From: Anthoceros angustus
Lineage: Eukaryota > Plantae > Anthocerotophyta
Reading direction: 5' to 3'
NCBI GenBank assembly: GCA_010909165.1
Contig: MU008162.1
Coordinates: 248,001 to 312,000 of the forward strand
DNA length: 64,000 nucleotides
The position numbers and the translations under genes were made by a program. A model generated the notes under the pieces. The model was not told where the DNA came from and searched no databases. It worked only from the letters and a program-made list of their open reading frames with translations. Numbering within the stretch: position 1 is the stretch's first letter; every line of letters begins with the position of its first letter. Positions 10,442 through 23,770 of the stretch are shown here, one piece after another.

Positions 10442-11410
10442 TCGTTCAGGAGTTTAGGTGCACGAGAGGTCGAACCAAAGCAGGAGTCGGAGTGAGGACT
10501 GGAGGTAGCCTGAGCTGTGCTGGGACGGATGTGTACCTCTAGCTACTGTACAGCTACCCGTCTTCAATCTCGCCACCAACGTTCAGTACGTTACGTACTT
10601 GTTGAATCACGAGCGGAAGTTGGGTGTTGGGGAGAGTCACCGTACAATTGCAAACTTGGTTGCATCCATGGCCGAGGGCCGCTAGCCTGAGCCACGCGAT
10701 TTCACGCGAGCGAGCCAGACAAAGTTGATCGGAGTTGGTGGCAGCTCACTCTCTGCCTCGCCAACCCTAGGCTAGCCCACCTCTTTTGCTTCTTGTTCGT
10801 TTCAAGGCTCGCCCGGCCCTCCTTATATGCATGTGCTCCGGGTCGTAGCTACCACTTGAAAGGTAGCAGCACAGCACCGGTACCGCTGGCTGGCGCTAGC
10901 ATGCCTTCGCCACGGTGCAGCTCCTTCGCGATCGAACCCTTCCGCCGGCGCCGGGAATCAGTTTAATCGATAGCCATCTTTTCCAAGTTGGATATCTAGT
11001 TTTGCAGGCTGCAACAATTGGCAGGCCAGGCGTAGGCGTAGGCCTGCATTCACGGCCCCCCAAGTCCGCCACGGAAGGAAGGCTTTTAGCCTGCAGGAAG
11101 TTTACGTGAGGTACTCAGGCCAGGCATCTCGGTTTCGGTTGCAAGTATCAAGCTCCCAGGAATTGTCTGCAAGGAGCCGCGCGATCCGGCTCCGGCTCCG
11201 GCTCCGACACCGGATCTGGATCCGGCCCCGCCGCCCAGGTACTAATCCAATCTTGCTTTCGAGCGCATTATAGCAGTAGCTGTGAGCAACAGTCGTGGTG
11301 CAGCAATGCATGTAATACAGTGAGCGCTCGTCAAATTCATACAGGCCGTGGGCTTGCAATCGGCAGGATCCGGACCTGTCCACATGGCTCATACCAGGCA
11401 CTTGGAAGGC

Positions 11411-12285
11411 ATGACAGAGCAAGGGAAGATCACCGTGTCGTACAACGGGGCGGCCGCAACCAGTCCTGGCAACGGCAACGTGCCTGTGAAGCAGGGCCTG
11501 GCGATCACTCGCTGGGATGCGCTGCTGCTACTGTTGCGCCTCACGGTTATCGCCTTCACTGTCGCCTCGCTGCTGCTCTTGGTCATGGATACCCAAACTG
11601 TGAGCTTTCAGTTTGGACCTGTGACCATCACCAAACTGTCCAAATACTCCGATGTCCACGCCTTCAGGTTCACCACCGCCTCCGCCTCCCTAGGCTTCCG
11701 CAAACGTCACTAGTCAATTGCTGCTGCAATGGACGGAATGTTGACGGGATATCTGGCCGGGATTAGGACTTCCATGTAACTCTCCCTGGACTTCCCCCCT
11801 TTTTTTGCTGCAGGGGATTGGTCTACACGGAAGGCGCAGTTGCTGGGATCATGTTGCTTCAGCTCCTCCTTGAGCCGTGTCTCAAAATTGTGCGTACTTC
11901 AACGCTTCATTGGACGATACTGTTGCTGGATCAGGTATGCACATTTTGCCCTTCAACTGTTACAAGTGCAGATAGATGCATACAAGCCCTTTGTTGATCC
12001 TCACCCTCATCCCGGTTTCGGCTTAAATCGCAGGCTACCACCTACGTGCTGCTCACCGTAGCAGCTGCTTGTGGAGAGGTGGCATGGATAGCTAAGAAGG
12101 GGGAAGAGAAGCTTCTGTGGGAACCTATTTGCCCCATGTTAAACCATTTCTGTGGGCAGGTCGGTAAGGGGCTGGCTTTGGCTACCATCGCCCTGTTACT
12201 GCTGGCTATCATCTCCTTACTTTCTGCCTTCCGCCCCAGATATTATGTACTTCCCGATCGTCTTCCCTCTGCCTTCCCCAAGTGA
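11411..12285 (+). CDS. CASPL: CASP-like (DUF588/MARVEL) four-TM protein, 209 aa; exons 11411-11667, 11814-11934, 12034-12285
   Basis: LLLRLTVIAFTVASLLLLVMDTQT, SKYSDVHAFR, LLDQ|ATTYVLLTVAAA and W..IC...NHFC.QV are CASPL motifs. GT-AG introns keep the frame (257+121+252 nt). Confidence 0.88.
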
Positions 12286-12435
12286 GAAACCCAAATTAGC
12301 CTCACCTTCCTTCACGGTACATGTCACGTGACACAAAGACAGACCGTCGGAGCAGGAAACACGAGCCTTTGCAGTGGGCGTGACGCTCCAAACTCGTATA
12401 ATATCGACTAGGTAGGTAGTTTAATTGTGTCATTT

Positions 12436-15400
12436 TCATGGGTTCTGTTGACAAGTAGCCTCTGGGTCGGACCGGAAACGCTTCGCTGGCTGAAATATTG
12501 GGTCTTTAACCTGTCGCAAGGTTGAAGCCTACCAGATTACAGACAAGAAAACAAATAACAATCATGACGTCACACATTAGTTCGAGAAGAGGACTGACCT
12601 TGCTGGCTTTCCGGACAACACACTCAGCCATCGTGGAAGTATTTCGGCTACCTGCAGTAGTTTTGCCCTCATCACCATATGCTGACTTACTCTCAGCTTT
12701 TCGGTGAAATTCAGGGGAACTCTCCCGGGACAGGGCATGCTGCAGAACACAGGCAAATGTAAAACGTGCTCCTCCAGCTGATGGACATACAGTAGCTTCC
12801 CAATTCAGAAATAACGGTTGTGGGGAGAATGTCGCTTACAGTGCCTACTCTATCCGGTGAAGACGGTCTCTTCAAACCAGAACAAGACGTACTCGTAGGA
12901 AGTGTGACCCCAGCTGCGGATCTAGCATTAATTGCAGCCCCCTTTTCTACCTTGATTGACTCATCTTGTTCTCCTGGATTGTGACCCAAGCCTATGTTAC
13001 TTGCTAATCAACCAAAAAATCCAGAGAGCCTTTGGAAACATTTCTAGCGGTCCCGACATCTACAAGTGATACGAGAAACAAACCAGGTATTCCAGCCTCC
13101 TGTTCTACAGCTCTTGCAATGCTGCAATCTTGAAGGGCTCGTAACACCTGACCAAGCACCCAGGACTACCACTTACCGAGTACACTTGCAACCACCGTGC
13201 TACTCAGAAAACCAATAAAGTAAAAGGCCTCCATTGATCCCACATTACGAGTTAATCGTGTACTGTTCAAGGGATGTTCACTTGTGACAAAAGACACTGC
13301 AGTTTCCTCGTCTGCACACGTGAGGGGGCAGTTCTCCTACAGCATGTACCTGTAGATGCATACCTGAGTTTCTATGTTCAAACTCTGTCGTACTTGTTGC
13401 AGCTTGGCTTCAGATTCCTTTGAGTGTAGTACCCGTCTTCCTGCACATTGAAAACCAGTAAGAGCCAGCACTTGGATTTTTGAACAGTGCACATAACACA
13501 AACTCTTTTGCATCACCCAATCTCCTATTGCTTGATAGTTCCTCGATGTAGCCCTCATTAGCCATTCTGTCCATGAGTTTTCGAATTGTTGCAAATGGTG
13601 GCCGTCCAAGCTTGCAATGAAGGTTCGTAGTGGTTACATAGTCCATTAGTAGCACGTGAGAAAGGGCCTGCACATGTGGAGACAGGTCTGACATTACCCG
13701 GAAGATCTACCTGTACACTATGCTGCCGATTAACGTCCTTTTGTCTTTGGTGCAATTGCAGATGAGCATCCTGGGCGAGCACCAACTGGTGTTGGTTTTC
13801 AAAATAGGGCTTCACGTGTGCTTTATTACCTGCAGATAAAGGCTGTCCGTCCCTTCCTCCCGCACATACGTCTTAGCGGCTTGAGGATCATTTACCAGGG
13901 CGCCCCGTGAGTCCTTGGCACAAGCAGTATACTCAGCTATACTTGAAGCATTCATCCGTGGTGCCTCTCGCCTTCCTTTTGCCTGAGAAAGCTAAGAAGG
14001 ACAGGAGTCTAAGCCACTGTGAGTTCTGAGCTCCTCACGACAATGCCGCTGCTTCTCGTACTTTGCCCGCTTGTAAATGCAAACAGTGAGCTTCAACAAG
14101 TCCAGACAAACCTCACTCCAAACCTTGTAACGATCTTTTCCAACTGTAAAGATGACGTTTGCTTGGATAAGGCGGCCAAGAATCTCTGGTTAAAAGGAGA
14201 ATCAATTAACCAAATCCCGACCGCCGGGTTGTTCTGAAGAGAGGAATCTGAAGCAACCTAGTTCTGGGTCGAACGGCAAGGAATGTACCTTCAACCAACA
14301 TCTGTATATAACAGAGTGAGCAACAGAGATGGTAAGTTGCTAAGCCACCAGCAACCATGCCATAATTAAGCTTTGCAGGCATCAATGCGGATTTAGTACC
14401 ACCGAGATGTCTGGGAAATTCTGCAGTATGTCTGAAGTATTGAACTCGTTGATCTCTCTGGAAAGCACCCAGTTCTGTACTTGCTCGACACTTCCTGTGA
14501 AAAATCACATTTATATACAGTCTTCGAACAAGCATCCGAAGCACCAGCTGTAGATGTCAGAGAGACATTAACTCTTGGAGGTCGAAGGTTTTACCGTCAG
14601 CTTGAATCATTGGAACAAGCTGCGTGCATATGTGTGGGTTCTCTTCCAGAAGGCCATTGACATCTGGCCGAGAAAGTGCAGGTTGATAGATAGCTAGCTA
14701 CTCACGTGCAATAGTGCAGCCAGGGAAACAGCCTGTGCTGTCAGCAACCACAGAAGTTCGGAGGTGACAGGAGTACCTTCTTCCATGGTGCAAGCCCCAT
14801 TGTCCTCCTGCACATGAAAAAGACCCTGATTGCAAACGCTGAACCTCAAGCACGATTATGCAAATATATCTGAAGCATGGGTGGGCTTGAAGACAGAAAA
14901 ACGTCATCCCACCACTGTCAGTCGTCAGACCATTATGGTAGAACTGCACATCACCTTCCCATGTGCATGCTCTACCTCCAGTGTACACAGCTTGGGATTG
15001 ACATCTGAATGTTGATCTGATTCTGACTCGGAGGTTTCACTGTCTTGACAGCCAAGGTATGGGCCTCCAGCATCCTTCATCTCCTCATTGTCCCCATCAC
15101 AAGGATCTAAAATGCTTTTAACCTGGCAAAGAGAAAGTGGTGCAGAATAACGTAATGCAAATGTTTGCAGAAAACTGGTCACTCTTAAAGAAATCTTCAC
15201 TGCAAGTGCAAATATCTCAAGCCAACAGTCTGGCAAGAATAAGAAGCCATGTTTGTTTCTGTTCCTCCATGCAGGTTCAAGTAAGTGGATGCTAGCGATT
15301 TATGATTAACGACAATATCAACCTTAAGAGAAATTGCAAAGTGCTTGCTATCCACATCACCAACTGCCAACTTCACCGGAGCTCGAGACCAGATGAGCCT

Positions 15401-17176
15401 TTCGTCACCAGAACAAGCTCGGAAAAAAGGTGGCTCGTAGTCTGGTGGCTGTAAATGGAAATGCACTTGAGTCAATGGTAAACAAAAACACTAGGACACA
15501 GGTTACCTTGGCCCTCTGCCAGGCAACTTGAAATCAGAATTTATCTGGAGAAGCTTGGCAGCTGCAGCTGAGATTCTACTCAGTTCAGAGATCCCTAAGT
15601 ATGTACCACAATGTCGAGAACACCACAACAAATTGCGAGCAGTGCAGTGTTTGCCATGCCCATGCTTCATTCTCGCACATAAATAAGTGGCAATAAATGC
15701 GTCACTTACCGTGACATCCTCGTAGTAAAATAACTTCATAAGGATGGTTCGCTGTACAAGACAGAGCCGTGGTGAGTTCTACTCGGAAGTCATTCAGGTT
15801 TCCGGTCCCGAGTGAGCCAGCCATTACCACAGATGTATGTCATGCGACGAACTCTAATGCATGCCCTTGGCCTCAGTGAACATTTAGGCTAACCTCGTCG
15901 GGAATGTGGTCCAGGGTGCGCATAAGCTGGACGAGTGTACGCACCATCTTGCAAGCGGCATTCCTGACAAACATTTACAGTCCCTTGCTGATTGTTTCTA
16001 CCTTTGCACGGTCATGAGGCAAGCAAACAGGTGCAACTGCAGGGCGGCTACTGATCGGGTGTCAATTTCCAGGTTCCAGGTCCACCCCACAGAAGAGATA
16101 ACAGGAAAAAGCATCATGCTAACATAAATGATTGACAGGAGGTAGAAGGCCTCTCAGTACTTCATCTGTGTAGGGCTAACATCGTCTGGAGTGCTGGTAG
16201 CAAAAGTTCTAGCACGTCGAGCGTCTCCGTTCCTCATAATGTTCATAGAGACGTCGTCGGATGAGCCTGTGGAGTAGCTGAAAGAAACTGAAGAAATGAA
16301 CAGGTCAGCTGCCAAGGAATTAAATGGTCAAAGCCGAGCGAGCTTCCTGAAAACGAGCAAGGCCCAGTCCGTCTTCTCACAGGAGTATTCTTCGATTAGA
16401 GATGTCTCTTCTGCATTGCAAAGGCTGAACAGCAGAGTCTTGAGGTACTTGTTGTGTAGAGCATCATAAACCCCTGGAAGAGGATGACAAGGCGACGAGG
16501 ATGGGCAGAATTGGGTGGAGGTACCAAGTTCACGCGAAGTTCCTCATTTACCTTTCTCCATCCAGTCAATGAGCCTTCTGGCTTCGTTGTCTAAAGGCAA
16601 TAGCTTCTTTATTTTCATTTCTGGTCAACATATGAGCTCTTGAATCAGCACACCACGATCGATCCAGGAGCTCTGAGACGCCAGAACTCTGAACAGCAGG
16701 TAATCTGATGGCATTGGAGACAAGTGAGAATGGATGTCTACCAAGGGCAGGGACGAACTTGTCAACAAAATATTCTTCAGGAAATAAGCCCCTAATGTAT
16801 GTGATGTTGAAAATTGCAATCCTCATAAGGTTCCGAGTCTGCAGAAATAGAGCAAGTCGGCATTCATGAACTTAAAGGCACAGCCCTGATCCACTTGTCA
16901 GCTGCCTGTTTGGCTTTACTTCTCAAGCAAGCCGGTAGGCCAAGGAGTGCAGACAGTGGTCCGCGAGCTGCTTTTGTAACAACTTTCCATAGATTTACAA
17001 ACTTGGAGCCAAATGCATCGAGATGCATCAATTTCAAGAACCTAAGGGCCTATCCCTACTAAGAAAAATCGCAACGTTCTCGCAGATGAGAAAGGAAGCA
17101 TGCGCATCGATACCAGTTGCAAAGACTGTTGCTCGGAGACACATCGAGTGGCTTGCTTCACAGGCTGTGTTTGCAT
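12436..17176 (-). CDS. ASY1: Meiotic axis HORMA-domain protein ASY1/HOP1/PAIR2 (HORMA + SWIRM/winged helix + C-terminal closure-motif region), many exons
   Basis: Exons read VSEQQSLQL|[112 protein letters not shown] and RKASK|[13 protein letters not shown], colinear with Arabidopsis ASY1. Start codon tentative. Confidence 0.93.
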
Positions 17177-19319
17177 TTGTTGGCACGTCCCCTGGTAACA
17201 GATGCTGATTACGACAGCAAACAAAGTGCAAACGCAGGACAAAATCCTGTGCGACCTTCACACACTACAGAATTCGGGGAACTCAACAACGAGTGCATGA
17301 ACAAGCTGTTAGAATCGTCTTCCTCCACCTGCCAAACACATGTGGACGGTCGCGACGTAGGCTTCTACAGCTACACAAAATTAAAGCTAATCACCGCAGA
17401 ATGCGGAACGCTCCTGCAAAGTCCACAGCCTACACATCTTCCAACGCACAATCCTTCCAAGAAGCAAAAGAAACGACGCTGGTGATCTGGAGCAACAAAG
17501 GTCCAACCTAGGATCAAGGACTCCTTAGACTTACCATGTCTTACCGCCTGCAGGCTCCAATGAACAACGGTACAGCGTCGTTGGAAGCACAAAACCCGTT
17601 GCAACACGCCAACAAACCTGCAGCAAACCGCAGATCAAGGCACTGAACATTCTTAAGCGCTCTCACATCGCACATTCATGACCGCGGGCATCTTTCGCAC
17701 AGAATACGCACACAAAGCGCTACCAACGGCGCCACGACTTAAAAAAACACGCTCCGTCTCAAAGCGTGCAGAAGCAGCGCAGGCACCATCGATGTGGCGC
17801 GGGATTCCGCAAACGCCCGCAAGCTGGCCACTTGAAGAAAGGAGGATAACGTGGCGGAGAAGTAGGCGCGAAAACGGGCGGGAAAATAAGAAGCGTTTCG
17901 GGAGCGAGGTAAGAAGCGGGATCTCGACTCCCACCGAAAGCACGTGTGCCATCTTGGGACAGTAAAGACACAGCTCAAGACGAATTGCTGTCGTCCGAGT
18001 CGTTCAAGGAGCCTCCAAGCGAACGCATATCATATCTAGATTATCGACAGCGAAGGCGGTTTCAAGAGAAATGAGAATCTTCTGCCCTGACTGTTCAGAG
18101 TCATTCCAGAATGGCCTTCCAGAGGACCTTGTGAAATGTGATCAACTGCCCTGATCTTTGCGAGTAAAGTTGCAACAATTTGTTGCAGGGACGTTGGAGT
18201 TGTCTTGTCTGGAGACACCACGCGAAATGGCATCCACAGCCACTAGCAGGCAAAACCATCCTCGATCCACTCTCTCAGCGTCCGAAATGAAGTGGAGATC
18301 CCGAGACCAGCATGGATCCTGGGGTCCCGGGCAGCTCCGCTTCCACAGCCACAATACGGGAAGTTGCAAGAACTTGTGGCAGAAAATGCATGGAGGATGA
18401 ATTCAAGGGCATCAGGATGGGAAGCCCGATGCAGTGCCGTAGGCAGCACTTTTGGTAAAGTAGAAAGAAAGGAAGGAGAGGGAGATCAATTGGCCTTCCA
18501 GGAGGGCAGAGTTGAACCTGGTGTACGGGAAACAGACTGACAAATGAGGCACTGCAGCATTGTCGAAGAGCAGGGTCCTGGAGGAGTTCGATGAGGATTT
18601 GATGGAAGAAAGAGAATTGAATTCCACACATGTGCCTCCCTGGGTCTTCAACTCTGACCTCTTGGCATTGCGTGGACTTGGACGCTGGTCATTTATTAGC
18701 AGGGTATTATCCTTGAGTAGGAAATGCGTGCCGTCGCCTTAAGGCGAGCTACTTCTCTGCCTTTTAAGGATGCAGGCAATGATGCCACTCCTCACCTCAC
18801 AGTCTTCACTCGAGTCTGGGCTTGAAGGAAGTTTCGGCTGCAATCTTCAGCTGCTGGCTGGTCTGGAATCTCCTTACACTCTGTCCTCGAGCCTACTGAG
18901 TCCAAATGCTGAGGACTGCAAGCTAGCTATCTATCTAGATAGAGTCTAGATTGAGGGCCAGTCTGTCAGTTTGTCAATCGTCTTCGTGTACGTTCATACC
19001 TCCTGCAGCAGAAGCAGAAGCAGGTAGCATTGTAGTGCAGTTCCATGCTGTCTCTGAAAATTCTTGCTTCCTTCTTCCAAAGAGATATGTTGGAGAAGAT
19101 GTGCTCCAGGGAGGCCTGCCTGAAGTAGCTGGAGGGAGGTGCATGGCACTGTATGTTAGACACATACAATAGATTTCTTGGGTTGTACAGATTTATCCAT
19201 ACAAATGTCGGGCAGTCCTTGATGGAGTGAAGTCGTGGTTGCCTGCAAGATCGAGGTGCTGAACAATTGGAGACTGGGATAATATTGTGGGCTGAGAGGA
19301 GAGACACAAAGCTTGTACC

Positions 19320-21327
19320 ATGGCTTGCACAAGGTTGAGGCTGTGCATGCTTGTGCTGGTGCTTGCGGCATTAGTACTGGTCGGGGGAGCTGATGGAGCA
19401 AGCCTGCAATTGGGATTTTACCTGAAGAAGTGCCCGACTTTGGAGGCCATTTGTCTCACTGTGATGCGAGAAGCATTGGCCAGGGATGTCGAGAACGCGG
19501 CACACATTCTCCGGCTCTGGGCACACGATTGCTTCGTGAACGTAAGCCTTGCTATGGACAGCTGGATTCATCTTTGTTGACACCTTGAAGTTCCCACGTG
19601 CTTTGTGTGTGTTTGTGTGCCATGCTCTCAGTTGGCGTGTATGTCTTGATTTCCTCGAACCCAGGGCTGTGACGCTTCCATCCTTCTGGATCCAGTTCGA
19701 GGCCGGCCACTAGTGGAGAAACAGTCCCCACCCAATCTCACTTTGAGGGGATTCGAGATCATCGACGACGCAAAAGCTAGAATAGTGGCTGCATGTCCCA
19801 ACGCTCAGGTTTCTTGCACGGACATCACTCTGTTGTTGACAAGGAATGCAGTCGTTCTGGTAAGCTCACTTCCTGCTTGAAGATGTTGCCCACTGCCCAC
19901 GTTGGACATGTATGTTGAGGCACTTGCTCGAAATTGAAATCACCCACAGCCTGCGTCGCTTGCAGACAGGAGGGCCCTTCTGGGACGTGACTCTGGGCAG
20001 GAGAGATGGCAACCGATCCTTGGCTTCTGACACAGGAGACCTGCCTAACCCTTTCTTGAACCTGAGTGGCCTCAATGCCCAGTTCAGCAAGAAGGGGCTC
20101 TCGCTTACAGATCTGGTGATTTTGTCAGGTACTTTTGAATAATTCCTCCCTTGTCAGACCAGTTAGCCAGTGATTGCAAATTTGGGATCCTGATGAGCCC
20201 ACCTTGAATGTTCAATGAATGGTGGATGTTTGTTGTCTCCAGGGGCGCACACCCTCGGTTTTTCCCACTGCAATTCAATCCAGAACCGGCTCTTCAGCCC
20301 GAACGGCAGCGTGAGCGTTGATCCCGGCATGAACAAGTCTCTGGCCAAGATCCTGCTCAAAAAGTGTCCTCGGAAGGGGTTCAACAATAACCACCCAACG
20401 GCCGGCTCCATGTTGGACCTGTCCACACCCGACCTGTTTGATAATCGCTACTACAGCGATATCCAACAGTCCTTCGGGGTCTTGGGATCCGACCAGATGC
20501 TGTACACCACCCCCCGCTTGAAGAGGCTGGTGGATCAGCTGGCTGCCGAGCAGGATGTCTTCTTCAACAACTTCGTCACCTCCATGATCAAAATGAGCAA
20601 GATTGGAGTGAAGACGGGCACAAATGGAGAAATCAGAGCGAACTGCAGGGTGGTAAACCCTCCAGCACCCCCCTCGTCGCACCCGCCTCCACCTCCTCCC
20701 CGCTCTACCGCTGCTACTCCTCCTCCTGTTATCTCCTCTCCTCCTTCCCAGCCACCTCCACCCCCTGTTCTCGTGCCTCCTACTCCTCAGCCACCTTCTC
20801 CTCCTCCTCCTTCTCAGCAACCTCCAGCTCCTGCTGCCTCCGCTACCCCTCCACCTGATCAGACTGTTGTCTCTCCACCTCCAGCTGATCAGACCGTTTC
20901 ATCACCTCCTCCTCCTCCTCCTCCTGATCAGACCGTTTCCTCACCTCCTCCAGCTGATCAGTCTGTTTCACCACCTCCTCCTCCTCCTGATCAGACCCTT
21001 TTCTCACCTCCTCCTGATCAGACCCTTTTCTCACCTCCTCCAGCTGATCAGACTGTTTCACCACCTCCTCCTCCTCCTGATCAAACTGTTTCACCACCTC
21101 CTCCTTCTCCTGATCAGACTGGTTCCTCACCTCCTCCAGCTGATCAGACTGTTCCCTTTCCTCCTCCTGCTGATCAGACCGTCTCATCCCCTCCTCCTGG
21201 TGATCCTATTGTCCTCACTCCCCCTCCTGCCGCTGCTGCTCCTCCTCCATTTGCTTCTGTCATATCCATCTCAACGGGTGTATCTATTTCCACTCCTGGC
21301 CCTCCTCCTCCAAGTGAGTCAACATAA
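19320..21327 (+). CDS. Class III secretory peroxidase with ~220-aa Pro-rich extensin-like C-terminal extension; exons 19320-19541, 19665-19859, 19966-20128, 20243-21327
   Basis: Signal peptide, RLWAHDCFVN|GCDASILLD (distal Arg/His), LGRRDG, LSG|AHTLGFSHC (proximal His), TPDLFDNRYY and F..SMIKMSKIGVKTGTNGEIRANCRVVN, in the classic 3-intron layout. Confidence 0.95.
20868..21215 (+). repeat. Coding tandem repeat, about 11 units of CTGATCAGAC..TCACC(TCC)n encoding PPPP(A/P)DQTVS
   Basis: GATCAGAC/GATCAAAC-type cores recur every ~30-39 bp within the peroxidase tail. Confidence 0.9.
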
Positions 21328-21856
21328 ACCTTTTGGCAGGATAAAACTCGAGCGATGTAGAATCCACGTTAGACTTGATGGAAACGTGTGCAGCCTTCAA
21401 GAAGAGTATTGGCGTAAGCCATCACTTGAAGGCTGCACAGGATTAGATCCTATTGAAGTAGAATAGATTAGGGTACGTGTGTGGATTGCAGAAGTGTTGT
21501 AAACAGGACTGAGTCGAAATGGAGTCTTGGCGTAAGCCATCCACTGAAATAAAACGGTGCCTGTGAAGAGCGTTGTCCAACGTTTTCCCTGCATCTTTCC
21601 AGCGAAAAAATGCAAACTTACTCTGATCAGTCATCTATCCACACCTCTGGAGTTCAAGGAGCGACGGTTCTGAACGCAAGAGGTGGTGATATCTATCGAA
21701 TTTTTGCCACAGGAGTACAAGATCCAGTTTATCCAACCTCCATCTCACCAAGCTGGCCAGCATTACACAACACTCTGCGAAAGCGCTGGGACTATACTAG
21801 ATCCTCCCCGGAACAAAACCTAAAACTGAAGAATGTGGAATGCGGACATATACAAT

Positions 21857-22350
21857 CTACTTCTTGCCTCCACCTTTACCCTTGACAGGCTTCCTCTTCT
21901 TCTCAAAGACGATCTCCCCTGAAGTGAGGACAGGGATTTCCGACAGTCCTCCCATGATCCCGTACCTTTGCTTGAACTTGTCCACTCTGTCTGTGTCCAG
22001 AACGAGAGCAGTTTTGTTCCCCTGGTAAAAGGGATGGTTTCCGGACCACACATCCACCACGTACTCCTCCTGCGTGCCCCCGGTGGTCATGACGAGCTCG
22101 CCATTACAGTACACTTTGGCTTCGCTGCACCACTTGGGGTGAATGTCCTTCTTCCTACACGACACCCTGGCTACGCCTCTGTCCACCTGCAGGCCCACGG
22201 CACCTCAGCTCGGGAGCGGCGGCCGCGATGGAAAGCGGGAGGGCAGGCATTGACACTGACCTGAATGGTAGCCGCTCCGGAGAGAAAGCACGAGGACGAG
22301 GAGGAGGAGGCGCCGGTCCAGCAGCGGCCCAAGGCCACGACGGACGCCAT
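21857..22350 (-). CDS. PRPL31: Nucleus-encoded plastid 50S ribosomal protein L31, 139 aa; exons 22350-22261, 22186-21857
   Basis: Ser-rich transit peptide, then RKKDIHPKW..AKVYCNG..TGGTQEEYVVDVWSGNHPFYQG. The GT-AG intron keeps the frame. Confidence 0.93.
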
Positions 22351-22686
22351 CGCCACAACCTTCTTCGCTTCTGCTGCGAACACGACGGAATTCGGGGAAG
22401 CTGGATAAGGAAAGGAGAGACGAACCAGAAAACGGGTTGCCGGTCACCGGTCACCCGATGAAGAACGGGGAAATATGTGCCTTCTTCTCATAGCACGGAG
22501 AGTTCTCCGGAACTACGCAGTCAAGTGGTTTTGGGGCGGATAACTACTGGGAGGGGATGCTTACCGCAGGAAAGTCTCTCAAAGCATCGCTGTATTGGAG
22601 CATGGAATAAAATTTCACAAGAAGAAAAAGTACCGGCTCCTATCCGGTTCGCGGGTTCGGAGGAGAGGCGGGGATTGGCAATTGGC

Positions 22687-23514
22687 ATGGCAGCGTTGGC
22701 GGGTGCCGGGAGGTACGCCGTGCGGTCCTTGAGCGGGCCTGCCAGAGGCGTGGCGAGGTATTCGCAGGGCTCTGGTGAGGTACCAGGGGATGGCAATTCG
22801 GGAAGCTGGGGGCATTCTCTGCAGGAATTGGATGAAGAGCAGAAGGAGCTTCTTCGCAAGAAGTTGGTTGCCCCCTTGTTTTTGATTGATATGCCTGTTG
22901 CAAGAGCAGGCAAGGAGGGGATGGAAAATTGAGAGTGACAATTTGTGGTGGAATTGAATTGCTGCAGATTGCTGCACAGGAGTCGTCAACGAGGGATCCT
23001 GGAGTTGGACCTTCTTGTAGGAGGGTGGACGCGTGACAATGTAGCGAGTCTGGATGCCAAGGGCCTGGGAGCCCTGGTTCAAGTGTTGGCCGAGGTAGAT
23101 GCTTGTGTTGGTGAAGATTTTCACTGTTAATGTCTGGTTTACTTTCTCTTCACCTCGGAAGGCTTTGTTGTGTTGTGACTGGAGCAGGAGACTCCTCATC
23201 TGTGGAGCTGGGTTTCGGGGCAAAATGCAGCACCCGAGCACCTGGCTCAGAACCCTGTAAGTCAAGTTAGGTTAGGCTAGGCTAGGCTTGATCTTGTTGA
23301 AGCAGTTTGGCATGTGCACGAGCGTGAGCGTGAGCGTGAGCATGAGAAAAAGCATGTGTTGTCGTGACAGGTTTTCCGGGCTTTGAAGCAGCAGGTGACG
23401 AGGAACTTGCAGGCTCATGCTCCAGAGGAAACTAGGGCAAGCCCTGGCCAGCCTTGGGTTCGGGGCTGGGATGATATTCGCAGGCAAGGAGGGCCACCGG
23501 CAGGAAACCAGTAG
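22687..23514 (+). CDS. SDHAF2: Succinate dehydrogenase assembly factor 2 (Sdh5), 4 exons
   Basis: KLLHRSRQRGILELDLLVG (RGxxE motif), ETPHLWSWVSGQ and the plant-type C-terminus GQPWVRGWDD..GNQ. Exons about 22687-22862, 22968-23094, 23188-23256, 23371-23514. Confidence 0.92.
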
Positions 23515-23659
23515 GCAGTCTAACGTGCTTTAAGGTTGAATGGACCTACTTCTGGGATGCCATGGCATGATGTTTCTATCTCGACCTGGGTAGCTACTGA
23601 CCTACTTAGCACCGCACCTTCAGTGGGAATGTCCGTGACTTATGATTGCTAAACAAGTC

Positions 23660-23770
23660 TCAAGAATATTGTAAGGGATGGGTACCGTGTGCATTGATTC
23701 ACACCTGGTTGTTGTAGTTGCAAGGGTCGACCGTGAGAATATATAGAATGAAGAACCAGCAAGCGCTCAA
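23660..23770 (+). pseudogene. Isolated 3' remnant of a DYW:KP (GRP) PPR gene plus its 3' flank
   Basis: 23671-23736 reads VRDGYRVH*FTPGCCSCKGRP*. The DNA, including GAGAATA..ATGAAGAACCAGC after the stop, matches 28330-28420 in inverted orientation. Confidence 0.75.

Noticed and set aside
17650-18900. Small ORFs between ASY1 and the peroxidase
   Set aside because: No motifs or consistent splice pattern; likely UTR/promoter.
11411-21327. CASPL plus peroxidase as a functional wall-modification cluster (by analogy to CASP-PER64)
   Set aside because: They are 7 kb apart and separated by ASY1, and both families are large; proximity alone is not evidence.
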